DNA of 64,000 nt from an uncultured Acidobacteriota bacterium (GTDB lineage Bacteria > Acidobacteriota > Vicinamibacteria > Vicinamibacterales > UBA2999): assembly GCA_963807235.1 (NCBI GenBank), contig CAWEBF010000023.1:15693-79692 (forward strand), written 5' to 3'. The number at the start of each line of letters is the position of its first letter. The first letter of the stretch is position 1. This document shows positions 44,624-56,429 of this stretch, one piece after another. The translations under genes and the position numbers were made by a program. Below the pieces are notes generated by a model that was given only the letters and a program-made list of their open reading frames with translations, was not told the DNA's origin and ran no database searches.

Positions 44624-44688
44624 AATTCACAATGCACAATTCACAATTCACAAACTGCAGACCTGGAGCCTGAAGCCAGGAGCCTGAA
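44624..44688. repeat. Two adjacent heptamer tandem arrays, (AATTCAC)x4 and (GCCTGRA-like)x4
   Basis: 44624-44653 and 44661-44688, filling the rluD-NUDIX gap. Confidence 0.85.
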
Positions 44689-45234
44689 ATGACCGACAAG
44701 GCCGCAGTCCCTCACGCCGTGCGCGTCGTTCACGCTGGGCGCGTGTTCACGGTGCAAGTCGAATCGATCACGCTGCCCAACGGCATGCCGCTCGAAGCGG
44801 AGATCGTGCGGCACCCCGGTTCGGTGGTGGTGGTGCCGGTGGCCGACGACGGTGCGCTGGTGCTGGTGCGCCAGTACCGCCATGCGGTCGGCCGGCACGT
44901 CTGGGAGCTGCCCGCCGGCACGTTGAAGCCGGGCGAGGAGCCCGAGGCGGCCGCGATGCGCGAGTGCCAGGAGGAGATCAGCCTGATCGCCGGGCGGCTG
45001 GACTATCTAGGCGCCTACTACCCGACGCCCGGCTACTGCGACGAGGTGATGCACTTCTATCGCGCCACGGGCCTTCGACGCCCCGGCGCCAGACGACCCG
45101 AGGCGCACGCCGACGAGGATGAGGACATCGAAACGCGCGCGTTCGACCGCGACGCCGTGCGCGGGATGATCGCGGCTGGCGAGATCGTGGATCTGAAGAC
45201 GATCGGGGGGATGGCGTTGTTGCCGCGCGACTGA
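44689..45234 (+). CDS. NUDIX hydrolase (ADP-ribose pyrophosphatase-like)
   Basis: VRQYR, ELPAG..KPGE...AAMRECQEE and PGYCDE. Confidence 0.92.
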   Translation: MTDKAAVPHAVRVVHAGRVFTVQVESITLPNGMPLEAEIVRHPGSVVVVPVADDGALVLVRQYRHAVGRHVWELPAGTLKPGEEPEAAAMRECQEEISLIAGRLDYLGAYYPTPGYCDEVMHFYRATGLRRPGARRPEAHADEDEDIETRAFDRDAVRGMIAAGEIVDLKTIGGMALLPRD

Positions 45235-45242
45235 TGTGGTCT

Positions 45243-46215
45243 TCACGCGATGAAGTCGATCTCGCGGCCGACACCACGAAGCTGGGCAGCCTCGTAAATC
45301 GCCCAAGCCGCGACAACGTCCTGGAACGCCAGGCCGACACCTCCGTAAACCGTCACCTGTTCCGAGGAGCTGCGGCCAGGGTGCAACCCCGCGAGCACTT
45401 CGCCCAACTCCGCCGCTACAGCGTCCGAACCGATGCCGACTCCCCCGAGGGCACCCATCTCGACAGCGAGCATTCGATTGTCGCAGACGAACAAGGCGTT
45501 GCGAATCACGGCGGCAGCCACTTCCGCCTTGCCAGGCTCATCGGGCCTAGTGTCGTCACGTGCGTGCCAGGAGCGAGCATTCCCGCCAGAATAAAGGGTT
45601 CTCTCGCCCAACGTGGGCTAGTGAACACGACTCGCGGCCTCGCGTATACGGGCATCGGCGACGGACTCGACGGCCTCCACGACCATATCCGAAGTTCCGA
45701 TGACAACTCGCGCGCGAATGTAGCTGCCCGCTCCGGCACACACATCGTAGACCGACGCTTTATGGAGCCGCCGAAGGGCGGCGAACGAGCGAAGCTGGCA
45801 CCGTCCTTGAACACCGGCACCGATGACAGCGACTGTCTCCGCTTCCTTGCAGGCGAGCACGTCCGCGGCGAGAGCGCCCGCAAGTCCCGTTCGCACCGCC
45901 GTAAGGTGCGTCGAGTCCATCACCGCAAGGAGTTCCCCGGTCTCAAGGCCGTGCAAACACAGCACGCCGCGGAATTGCCGGGCTCTGACCCGGAAACTTC
46001 GCGTGTACCTTCACTGAATACGCAGGGATGCCAGGCGTGGTGCCCGGAAACAAGACGGTCGCCGTGCCAAGTCCCGGCAGTTGAGAACGGACCCGATGTG
46101 CTTTGGCCGCCGGACTGGTGGAGTAGTTGATGAACGCCTGGCGAAGACCCGCAAGCAGCGTCATCGGATCGAGCAGCGACTCTATCTCGGACCTGATCAA
46201 CAGCAGCGTGGACAT
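45243..46215 (-). CDS. Ornithine cyclodeaminase/mu-crystallin family protein (multiple indels)
   Basis: LTAVRTG..GALAA, VIGAGVQ, PGTHVTTLGP and GVGLAFQD across four frames. Confidence 0.8.
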
Positions 46216-46228
46216 CGATTCTGCTGCT

Positions 46229-47432
46229 CTACGGCAACTCGAGCTGGAAGCGCGTACCCGCGGTCCAGTAGGGCCGTCCTTGCCGGCCTCGGGCGCGGAG
46301 CGGTCGTCGCTGAACGTGTCCACGCCGCCGTTCACCAGGACGCGCGCCCACCGCATCGGCTGCCATGACGCAGTCAGGGTGGCAGATCGCGCGGCGCGCG
46401 CGCGGATGTCGGTGGCCCGAAGGCGCGTGCTGTCGCGCCCGGTGTCCGGGCCGGTGTCGTCGAAGCCGAGGCCATCGAGGCGAATCCCCAGGTCGAACTC
46501 GCGCAGGCGTGCACGCGGCTGGCCCTGCGCGCGGCGCCCGAACTGTCTGACGAGCGACACGCTCCACCCGATCGTCTCGACACTGGGCAGGTCCTCGAAG
46601 TCGAGGCCCTGCTCGTCGCGCGAGTCCGCCACGCGAAGTCCCTCGGCCGTCACGCCGCCACGGCCCAGGCGACCACTCGACGTCGCCGCCGAAACGAACC
46701 CGGCGGCCATCGACGTACACACGGTCGAAGAAGCGATATCCCGAGGAGGTGCGGCCGTCGATGCCGTTGGCCGCAAGCTCGTCCACCGCGTCGGTTCGTC
46801 CCAGCGCCGCCGATCCCGCAATCTCCACGTCGCGGAATGCGTCCCACACCACACGCCCCGCCGAGGTCAGCTTGGCCCTGGAGCCGCGACCGCGCCCGTC
46901 GCCGGCGAAGACGCCGACCTCGTAGTCCACGCGTCCGAGGTCGCCCAGGACCATCGCGCCCACGTCTCGTCCCGCCGCAGCCAGCTGCGCCAACGCCGGC
47001 CGCTCCATGAAATCCAGCGTCCGCGCCGACGCGTCGTAGTCGCGGCTGCCCGGCACCTTGAACTGGCCCGCCTGGAGCTCGATGGTCCGCGAGAAGGGCC
47101 AGCGGCCGTACGCGTCGCGCACGAACGTGTCGTCCAGGTCCTGCGGATCGACGGTCACTTCGTAGACGAGTCGCCCGACCCGTCCATCCACGCCGACACG
47201 GGCACGCCGCACCTGCAAGGTGTCGTGCACCAGCCGCCCCGAGCCTGGTGTCACCGGCCAGTCGGGAAAACCTCGCCAGTCGAACTGGACATAGCCCCGT
47301 GGTGCAATCTCGAACCGCGTGTTCTGGGCCTGTGGGGTCTCGGTGGTTTGCGCGTACGCGGCTCGCGGTCGCTACGAACGACAACAGGGCTCCGAGCACC
47401 ACGCGGGACCGTGTGAGCGGGCGTCGCATCAT
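46229..47432 (-). CDS. Phosphate-selective porin (OprO/OprP-like), frameshifted
   Basis: VRRARVGV.G, DAY, GQFKVP, F.ERP and GRDVG; C-terminal WTAGTRFQLELP; signal peptide. Confidence 0.75.
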
Positions 47433-49119
47433 GGCGCCACTCCAAGCGCCCGGCGAACCGCGGCGACGCGATTCGTGTAGGAGGCGATCAGGCCGTTGGC
47501 GCCGAACAGCACGGCGTCGAACTGCGCGGCGCCGCCAGCAAAGGTACGGCCCGGCCGTCTCGCCTTCGGCGCCGATGACGAACGGCGCGATGCGCGCCTG
47601 CTCAGAACGAAGGATGGCGCTCACGCGCGCGGGCTCGAACGAGGTGTTCAGAAGGTCCTCGACATGTGCGCGGTAGGCGGCGCGATACACCGGATCGTCC
47701 ATGAAGAAGCGAATCAGCGGCCAGTTGGCGCCGATCGCCTGGTGGAACAGGTCGACGGTCGCCGCGCCTCCGGCAGCCACCCCCGAGACCACCGCCGCCG
47801 GACATGGCCAGGTCGTGATCCCACGGGATCCAGAACAGCCGGTCACGGTGCCGGGGGCTGCCATACACGTAGTAGTTGTGGGCCGACAGCCCACCGTAGG
47901 TATCGAAGTTCCCCACGATTGTGTTGGCGGCCAGCCATCGCAGAAATCCATTCACCTCGAAGCGCGCCTCGATTCGGCGGCGCCAGGCGTCCCGATCGGT
48001 CCGCGAGGCGTTCACGGCGGCGATCGCGTCCTCGATGTCGGTCCAATCCTCGTCGTCGGCGTTGGTGCGTTTGGGGAAGTTGTTGCGGTTGAACACGGTC
48101 CACCGGCCGCCGGTTCCGTTTGGTTTGTATAGGTTTCCGTCGTCGGACCCGAAGAGGCGAATGAGATACGGCGAGTCGGGCACCTCGGTCATGGTGTAGA
48201 GCCCGAGGTAACCGGGGCCGGCGCCGGTGTCGAGGAACACGCGGACAAACGCGCGTACGCGCCACGGGCAGTGCGGCATCGCGCAGCAAATCGGTCACGA
48301 CCTTGGCCCGAAGATAAGAGCTGTCCAGCGCGCCGTTGCTGAAGGTGAGATTCGTGAAGCCGAAGAAGGTCTGGTCGCGCGCGTCCGGGAACTCCGACTC
48401 CAAGCCGTCGATGTTCAGCCGGAACGGCATCTTGTCGGTCCCGCTCCGCCAGCTGTTGATCAGACTGGAGTTGCCCTTGAACCTGAGGCCCACGTGCTTG
48501 AACGATTCGCCGTCGAACGTGAGGTCGGCCGGCACGTAGATCGGATTTCGCTGCAGCAGTTCCACGTCGTCGCGCGCCTGGTTGCCGCCGCCCCCGACCA
48601 TGCCGCCCCCGACCTGGCCCCCGCCGCCACCCGGCAGCGCCACGCAGGCAAGCTGGCCGGGTGCGCCCGTCTGAATACATCGTCCGGCAGTGGGCGGCGT
48701 TCCGACAGTGCAGGCGGAGGCCTCCAGCTGTCCCGCGCACGCGGCGATGGCCGCCTGGGGAAACATGAACCCCCGCCGGGCTGTCCCCCGCCGGGTTGTC
48801 CTCCGCCCGGCTGTCCCCCGCCGGGTTGTCCCCCGCCCGGCTGCTGCCCTCCGCCTCCTCCGCCGCCACCGGCAAGGCCGCCCTGGCCGCGGGTGCCGGC
48901 CAGCGACACCATGTCGGCCAGCATCGTGTTCCAGCTGGCGGGGCTGATCGAGATGTCGAGGCGATTCACGATGTCGGACGGGAAGACGCGCGCGTAGTCA
49001 GGCACCGCGTCGCGCCCGCGCACGTCGTCTGGGGATGCCAGGGGACGACGTTCGAACAGCACCAGGGCGGTGCACATCGCGAGGACGACGAAGGCGAGCC
49101 GGTGTGAGGGGGACAACAT
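47429..49119 (-). CDS. Secreted CotH-family kinase with Gly/Gln repeats and a Cys-rich insert (several indels)
   Basis: VGLRFKGNSS, K..FRLN, YLGLYTMTE, GNLYKP, N.DTY...HNYYVY and IPWDHD. Confidence 0.85.
48770..48846 (-). repeat. 15-bp tandem repeat x5 encoding (QPGGG)n
   Basis: Five CARCCSGGCGGRGGW-like units inside the cotH-like gene. Confidence 0.85.
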
Positions 49120-49204
49120 CAGTCCCCCGATCCTAGTACAGGTGAGCAGGGGCTGGTGTTAAGCCCCTGCTAAGACTTCGCAAAGATTAGGCACGGGATG
49201 CGGA

Positions 49205-50305
49205 TCAGCGCTTCAAGGTCACGCGCTGCACCCGCCAGTTGCACATCTCGCCCACCAGCAGCTCGTTCTCGGAGCGGCAGTCGATCGAGTTGGCGACGCC
49301 AAACTCCTTGGGCAGCTTGCCGGCGGACCCGAAGCGGCCCACGACTTTGCCGTCCAGCTGCACCTTGTAGATCGTGGCGTCGTCCATGCCGCTCTGGTCC
49401 CCCACATGCGACACGTAGAGATACTGCGTGGCGCCAGTGGTCATGCACAACGCCACGGGCGTGCCCACGCCGCCGAATTCCGATTTGAAGGCGCCATCGG
49501 CGTCGAAGACCTGGATGCGTTTGTTGCCCATGTCCGCGGCGTACACGTTGCCCTGCGCGTCGATCGCCAGAGCCTTCACACCGCTGAACTGGCCGGGGCC
49601 CGACCCGGTCGAACCCCATTGCCTGATGAAGCGGCCGTCCTTGTCGAACTTGGCGACGCGGTTGGTGGTGCCCACGCCGTCGGCCACGTAGATGTTGCCG
49701 GCACGGTCCCAGGCCACGTCAGTCGGCTGGCTGAACGTCGAGCCCGGAATTCCCGATCCGGGCGGAGGCGCGGGCGCTCCGCCGGCCCGACCGCCGCCCG
49801 CGGCTGCCCCTGCGGCCGGGGCTCCACCGGCCGGCGGCGCGGCGGGACGGACCGCGATGGCCTCGGGTTTCCGGCCGAGCACCAGCACCACCCGGCCCTG
49901 GCCGTCGAACTTCACCACTTGATTGGCCGACTGATCGATGGTCCAGACGTTGTCCTGCGGATCGACACGCAGTCCAATCGCGGTGTTGAAGCCGTAGACG
50001 TCCTGACCCAGCTCCCGCAGGAACTTGCCCCCCGAGTCGAACTCGAACAACCGGGAGCCGCCCCGATAGAACGTGCGGTTGTCGCCCAGTGTGGCGTAGG
50101 GATGCCCGGTCCGGGTGTAGACGAAGATGCGTCCCTGCGAGTTGCGGCCGACGCCGCCCACCTCGCCAAGGTAGATGCTGGCCGGCGTTCGCAGCAGGTC
50201 GGCGTTGGCGTCGAAGGCCAGCTCCGGAACCGTTCCCTGTGCCAGCATCGCCGCGCCCTGCACGAGAGCGAACGACAGAACGAGAGCCGTAATCAAGCGT
50301 CGCAT
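49205..50305 (-). CDS. Secreted NHL-repeat protein (peptidyl-alpha-hydroxyglycine alpha-amidating lyase-like)
   Basis: PTDVAWD..GNIYVADG, RVAKFD, WGSTGSGPGQF and NKRIQVFD. Confidence 0.85.
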   Translation of the reverse strand: MRRLITALVLSFALVQGAAMLAQGTVPELAFDANADLLRTPASIYLGEVGGVGRNSQGRIFVYTRTGHPYATLGDNRTFYRGGSRLFEFDSGGKFLRELGQDVYGFNTAIGLRVDPQDNVWTIDQSANQVVKFDGQGRVVLVLGRKPEAIAVRPAAPPAGGAPAAGAAAGGGRAGGAPAPPPGSGIPGSTFSQPTDVAWDRAGNIYVADGVGTTNRVAKFDKDGRFIRQWGSTGSGPGQFSGVKALAIDAQGNVYAADMGNKRIQVFDADGAFKSEFGGVGTPVALCMTTGATQYLYVSHVGDQSGMDDATIYKVQLDGKVVGRFGSAGKLPKEFGVANSIDCRSENELLVGEMCNWRVQRVTLKR

Positions 50306-50317
50306 GGTCGTGGACCT

Positions 50318-51397
50318 CTAGTTCGTGCTGGTGCGCGTAGCCGCGGGCTTCAGTCGAATCTTCTGCGACCGCCAGTCGTTGATCTCGGCGGTGTAGAGGA
50401 CGTCGGGGTCGCGGCAGTCGATCTGGTGAGTGGTGGCGAACTCTCCAGGCGCCTTGCCGCCGCGGCCGAACTTGCCGACGATGGTGCCGTCGAGCTCCAT
50501 CTTGTAGATCTCGCCGGTGAACTCCGCCGCCGCCGCCGGAGCGCTGTCGGGCCACGAGTTGGAGACGTAGAGGTACTGCTTGCCCGGATTCTTCGGCCCG
50601 GGCCCGCCCGACACGCACACCGCCCACGGGTTGCCCACGTTCGGGTAGTTGGCCTTCCAGTTCAGATCGTTGTCCAGCACCTGGACGCGCTGGTTGCCAC
50701 GGTCGCCCACGTAGACGTTGCCCTGGAAGTCGGTGGCGATCGAGTGCGGCGTATTGAACTGGAGGTTGCCGTTGCCGCGCGTCCCCACGGCCTTCACGAA
50801 GCGGCCGTTCTTGTCGTACTTGACGACGCGCGCGTCGAAATAGCCGTCCGACACGAAGATGTTGCCCTGCTGATCGAAGGCCACGTCGGTCTGGCGGCCG
50901 AATGTGTACTTCCCGTTGCGGCCGTGATACACGCCGGCGCCCGGCATGTTCACCAGCATCTTGACCGGGTCCTCACGGCGGCCGATGGTCATCAGCACGC
51001 GCCCGTCGGGCGCGAACTTGACCAGCATGTCGGTGCCCTCGTCCACCGCCCAGATGTTGTCCTGGGCGTCCACGCGCACCGAATGTGCGAAGGCGAAGCC
51101 GTAGTTGTTACGTCCGATCTCGCGGATGAACTGGCCCTGCGGCGAGTACTCGAAGAGCCGCGTCTCGTAGGCCCGGTGGTAGATGTAGACGTTGCCCTTC
51201 GAGTTGGTGGCGATGCCCATGTTCTCGCCGGTGTAGATGCCGGGCGGGTTCTTGAAGAAGTCGGGCACCACTTCGTGCGGGATCACCGGCACGTTGGTGG
51301 CGGTGGCCCGGTTCTGCGCCGCCACGGGGGCCACGCGCTGAGACACCAGCCCGACGAGCATGGACACGGCGATAGCGAGACCAAACCAGCGTTTCAT
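50318..51397 (-). CDS. Secreted NHL-repeat protein (PAL-like), paralogue of the downstream gene
   Basis: FAHSVRVD, TDVAFD..GNIFVSDGY, PHSIA and NQRVQV; RBS GGAGGAG. Confidence 0.85.
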   Translation of the reverse strand: MKRWFGLAIAVSMLVGLVSQRVAPVAAQNRATATNVPVIPHEVVPDFFKNPPGIYTGENMGIATNSKGNVYIYHRAYETRLFEYSPQGQFIREIGRNNYGFAFAHSVRVDAQDNIWAVDEGTDMLVKFAPDGRVLMTIGRREDPVKMLVNMPGAGVYHGRNGKYTFGRQTDVAFDQQGNIFVSDGYFDARVVKYDKNGRFVKAVGTRGNGNLQFNTPHSIATDFQGNVYVGDRGNQRVQVLDNDLNWKANYPNVGNPWAVCVSGGPGPKNPGKQYLYVSNSWPDSAPAAAAEFTGEIYKMELDGTIVGKFGRGGKAPGEFATTHQIDCRDPDVLYTAEINDWRSQKIRLKPAATRTSTN

Positions 51398-51442
51398 GAG
51401 CTCCTCCAGCAAAACCGACCGCACTCTATCACCACCGCCCTC

Positions 51443-51476
51443 CACTTTAGCCCTTTGCCTTTTGCCTTTTGCCTTC
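51443..51476. repeat. Heptamer tandem repeat (GCCTTTT-like)x4
   Basis: cacttta gcccttt gcctttt gcctttt gccttc. Confidence 0.8.
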
Positions 51477-51486
51477 GAGGCCGCGC

Positions 51487-52071
51487 TCAGTTCCCGCGGC
51501 CTCGACCCGGCCCCCCCTGGCGGTTTTGCTGCTGTTCGGTGGACGGCGGCACCACGCCCTTCAGACGCTGATACACCGTGCCGATGCCATACATCTCGTT
51601 GCCGTGCTCCAGCACGGCGCTGAGAATGACCGCCCTGGCCCTGGGGCCGCCCCGGCCGCCCGTCACCATCTCGACGGCCGACTGATCGGTCAGCGACGCA
51701 AACGCCTCGTCGCAGAGGACGAACGAGTCGGCGAGGGCCTTCACCACGGCCGCCTTGGTGGTCGCCGTCTGCTCCAGGTTGTTGCCCTGATTCGGATTCG
51801 GAACGCCCCTGGCCTGCGCGCACTGGCCGTACTGAAAGTTCGCCACGTGCCCCCAGAGCTGCCCGTAGCCGCGGATCTCGTTCGTCGGCTTGAAGGCGTA
51901 GTCCGCCTCAGACAGCTTGTCGGCCGACGCCACCAGCAGTCCCTTGATCCGGGCGTAGGCCGCCTGCATCCCCGCGGCCAGCCCGACAGGCTGCCCCCCG
52001 GGCCCTCCCTGCGCGTACGCGGCCGGGGCGACAAGCGACAAACAGACGACGAGACACACGAGACATTTCAT
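51487..52071 (-). CDS. Secreted DinB-family protein
   Basis: Y.FKPT..R..GQL.GH, H.NE.YG and YQRLKGVVPPST; signal peptide. Confidence 0.8.
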   Translation of the reverse strand: MKCLVCLVVCLSLVAPAAYAQGGPGGQPVGLAAGMQAAYARIKGLLVASADKLSEADYAFKPTNEIRGYGQLWGHVANFQYGQCAQARGVPNPNQGNNLEQTATTKAAVVKALADSFVLCDEAFASLTDQSAVEMVTGGRGGPRARAVILSAVLEHGNEMYGIGTVYQRLKGVVPPSTEQQQNRQGGPGRGRGN

Positions 52072-52075
52072 GGTT

Positions 52076-52621
52076 TCAGGCTCCCTTGGTTTGGATCAGG
52101 TCAGGATGATGCGTGCGGGCGTCCCACAGTTGGAGCACGGCGCCAACTGCCGCGTCCAGGTTCACGCCGCTCGTGTCGATGGTCAGCTCCGGATCCGACG
52201 GCGCTTCATACGGATCGCTGACGCCCGTGAATGAGCTGATCTCGCCGCGCCGCGCCTGCGCGTAAAGGCCCTTCGGATCGCGCCGTTCGCATTCGGCGAG
52301 CGGCGTCGAGACGTAGATTTCCAGGAACACCCGGCACATCGACCGCACGGTCCGGCGGGCCTCGGCGTACGGAGAAATCAGCGCACACAGCACCGTGACG
52401 CCATGGTGTTCGAGACGGCTTGCAAGGAAACCCACCCGCTGTACGTGGGCGTCGCGTTCGGCGCGACTGAATCCGGTAGGCGACAACGCGCGGACAGCGT
52501 CGCCGTCGAGAAGCTCTGTGGGAATCGCGTGAGCGTGCAGCGCGCGCTCGACCGCTGTGGCCAGCGTGCTCTTCCCCGCTCCGGAAAGGCCCGTGAACCA
52601 CAGCACCGCTGGCGCTCGCAT
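52076..52621 (-). CDS. cysC: Adenylyl-sulfate kinase
   Basis: WFTGLSGAGKST, LDGD, ISPY, RDPKGLY and FTGVSDPYE.P. Confidence 0.95.
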   Translation of the reverse strand: MRAPAVLWFTGLSGAGKSTLATAVERALHAHAIPTELLDGDAVRALSPTGFSRAERDAHVQRVGFLASRLEHHGVTVLCALISPYAEARRTVRSMCRVFLEIYVSTPLAECERRDPKGLYAQARRGEISSFTGVSDPYEAPSDPELTIDTSGVNLDAAVGAVLQLWDARTHHPDLIQTKGA

Positions 52622-52681
52622 CCGGAGCGCATTTTACCGGCTCGCGCATGGACGATATGTAAAGACGTGATTCTTGCGCCA

Positions 52682-52710
52682 TTGACGACCCGTTGGAACA
52701 GGAGTAGCGT
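52682..52710 (+). promoter_or_regulatory. Sigma-70-type promoter for the riboswitch-SPFH transcript
   Basis: TTGACG-17 bp-TAGCGT; the predicted start site (about 52716) coincides with the aptamer 5' end. Confidence 0.6.
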
Positions 52711-52716
52711 CGAAGT

Positions 52717-52832
52717 ACGCCTAAGACGCCAGCACGACTGGCGACACGGGGGACCCAATCGGTGGGGCGAATCCGGTATTACGCCGGACGAGGACTTCCA
52801 ACCTCGAGCCCGTCAGCTAACCCCGTCGGCGC
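52717..52832 (+). ncRNA. Cyclic di-AMP riboswitch (ydaO/yuaA class)
   Basis: Hallmark blocks CGGGGGACCC...GGGGCGAATCC...CCCGTCAGCTAACCCCG; P1 CGCC/GGCG; P2 CGCCAG/CTGGCG; 15 nt upstream of ATG 52848. Confidence 0.9.
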
Positions 52833-52847
52833 GATTGGAGGCCTGCC

Positions 52848-53795
52848 ATGTTCGCGTTTGGTTCTACTTCCCCCGTCCGACGTGTGCCTGCCGCCGCCCG
52901 CGTGGGTGTCGCGGCGCTCGTTGTCTCTACAGTCGCCGCCAGCGCCCTGGTGTGGCTCGCCGGCTCGTCGAATCCCTTCACGCCCGCGGGCTACGTGGGC
53001 TACCTCACGCGAGGCGCCGTGTTCGGGCGCTCCTCGTTCTACGCCACGCAGCGCGGCCCCACCTCTCCCGGGCGCGGCTGGCTGCTGCGCGTCGCCAACG
53101 TCAGCGTGACGCCGTACACCTACTCCGACGACTTCGTGGGCGACGACGCCGTGCTGAGCCGCGACAACCTGATGATCGGGTTCAAGGTGCACACCGTCTG
53201 GCGCGTGGACGATCAGCGAGTGCCGCTCTTCATGGAGCGGTATAGCACCACGGTCACGAACGGTCGCACGGAAGATCACCCCGACGCCATCGTGAAGGTG
53301 GCTTACGGCAACTTCATCCGCGAGCCGCTGCGAACCTATGCGAGAGACGAGGTGCAACGGCGGAACGGTCTCGAAGTGAAAGACGCGCTGGTCGCGATCG
53401 GCGACGCCGTGCTGGCGCGCATCAGGGCCTACGCGCTGAACAGCCCCTTCGTCATCACCAGCGTGGTCGTGGGCAACGTGCAATACCCCGAGGAGATCGC
53501 CACGGCCGTGTCGAACAAGCTGGCGGCCACGCAGGTTCTGCAGCGCAAGGACACGGAAATCGAGATCGAGCGCAAGGAACGCACCAAACGTGAGGTGCAG
53601 GCGCAGGGCATCGCCAACGCCATGCAGATCATCCGCGGGCAGCTCAGCCCGCTCTACGTGCAGCACGAGGCCATCGAGGCGCAGAAGCAGATGGTCAACT
53701 CGCCCAACCACACCGTGGTCTACATTCCCGTGGGGCCTATGGGCGTGCCCGTGACGGCCACGATGACGGCCGACCAGGGAGCGGCCGCACGCTAG
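52848..53795 (+). CDS. SPFH/band-7/prohibitin-domain protein
   Basis: N-terminal TM, P.GYVGY, LSRDNL, P.EI..AV..K and EA.GIA coiled coil; RBS GGAGG. Confidence 0.85.
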   Translation: MFAFGSTSPVRRVPAAARVGVAALVVSTVAASALVWLAGSSNPFTPAGYVGYLTRGAVFGRSSFYATQRGPTSPGRGWLLRVANVSVTPYTYSDDFVGDDAVLSRDNLMIGFKVHTVWRVDDQRVPLFMERYSTTVTNGRTEDHPDAIVKVAYGNFIREPLRTYARDEVQRRNGLEVKDALVAIGDAVLARIRAYALNSPFVITSVVVGNVQYPEEIATAVSNKLAATQVLQRKDTEIEIERKERTKREVQAQGIANAMQIIRGQLSPLYVQHEAIEAQKQMVNSPNHTVVYIPVGPMGVPVTATMTADQGAAAR

Positions 53796-53798
53796 TCG

Positions 53799-53846
53799 CG
53801 CACCCGCGGCCCCTCCGCCCAGTCGGAGGGGCGAGCGCGGGAGTGC
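53799..53846 (+). terminator. GC-rich stem-loop after the SPFH gene
   Basis: GCCCCTCCG...CGGAGGGGC core extended by CCCGCG/CGCGGG; no clear U-tract. Confidence 0.45.
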
Positions 53847-53878
53847 ATGTTAGGCTAACGCTCTGCTGGCGAAACTCT

Positions 53879-56420
<2,542 letters not shown>

Positions 56421-56429
56421 GCCGTTGCC

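Noticed and set aside
48770..48846. Short regular repeats here and in the heptamer arrays as a CRISPR array
   Set aside because: They are contiguous tandem units without unique spacers, and no cas genes are present.
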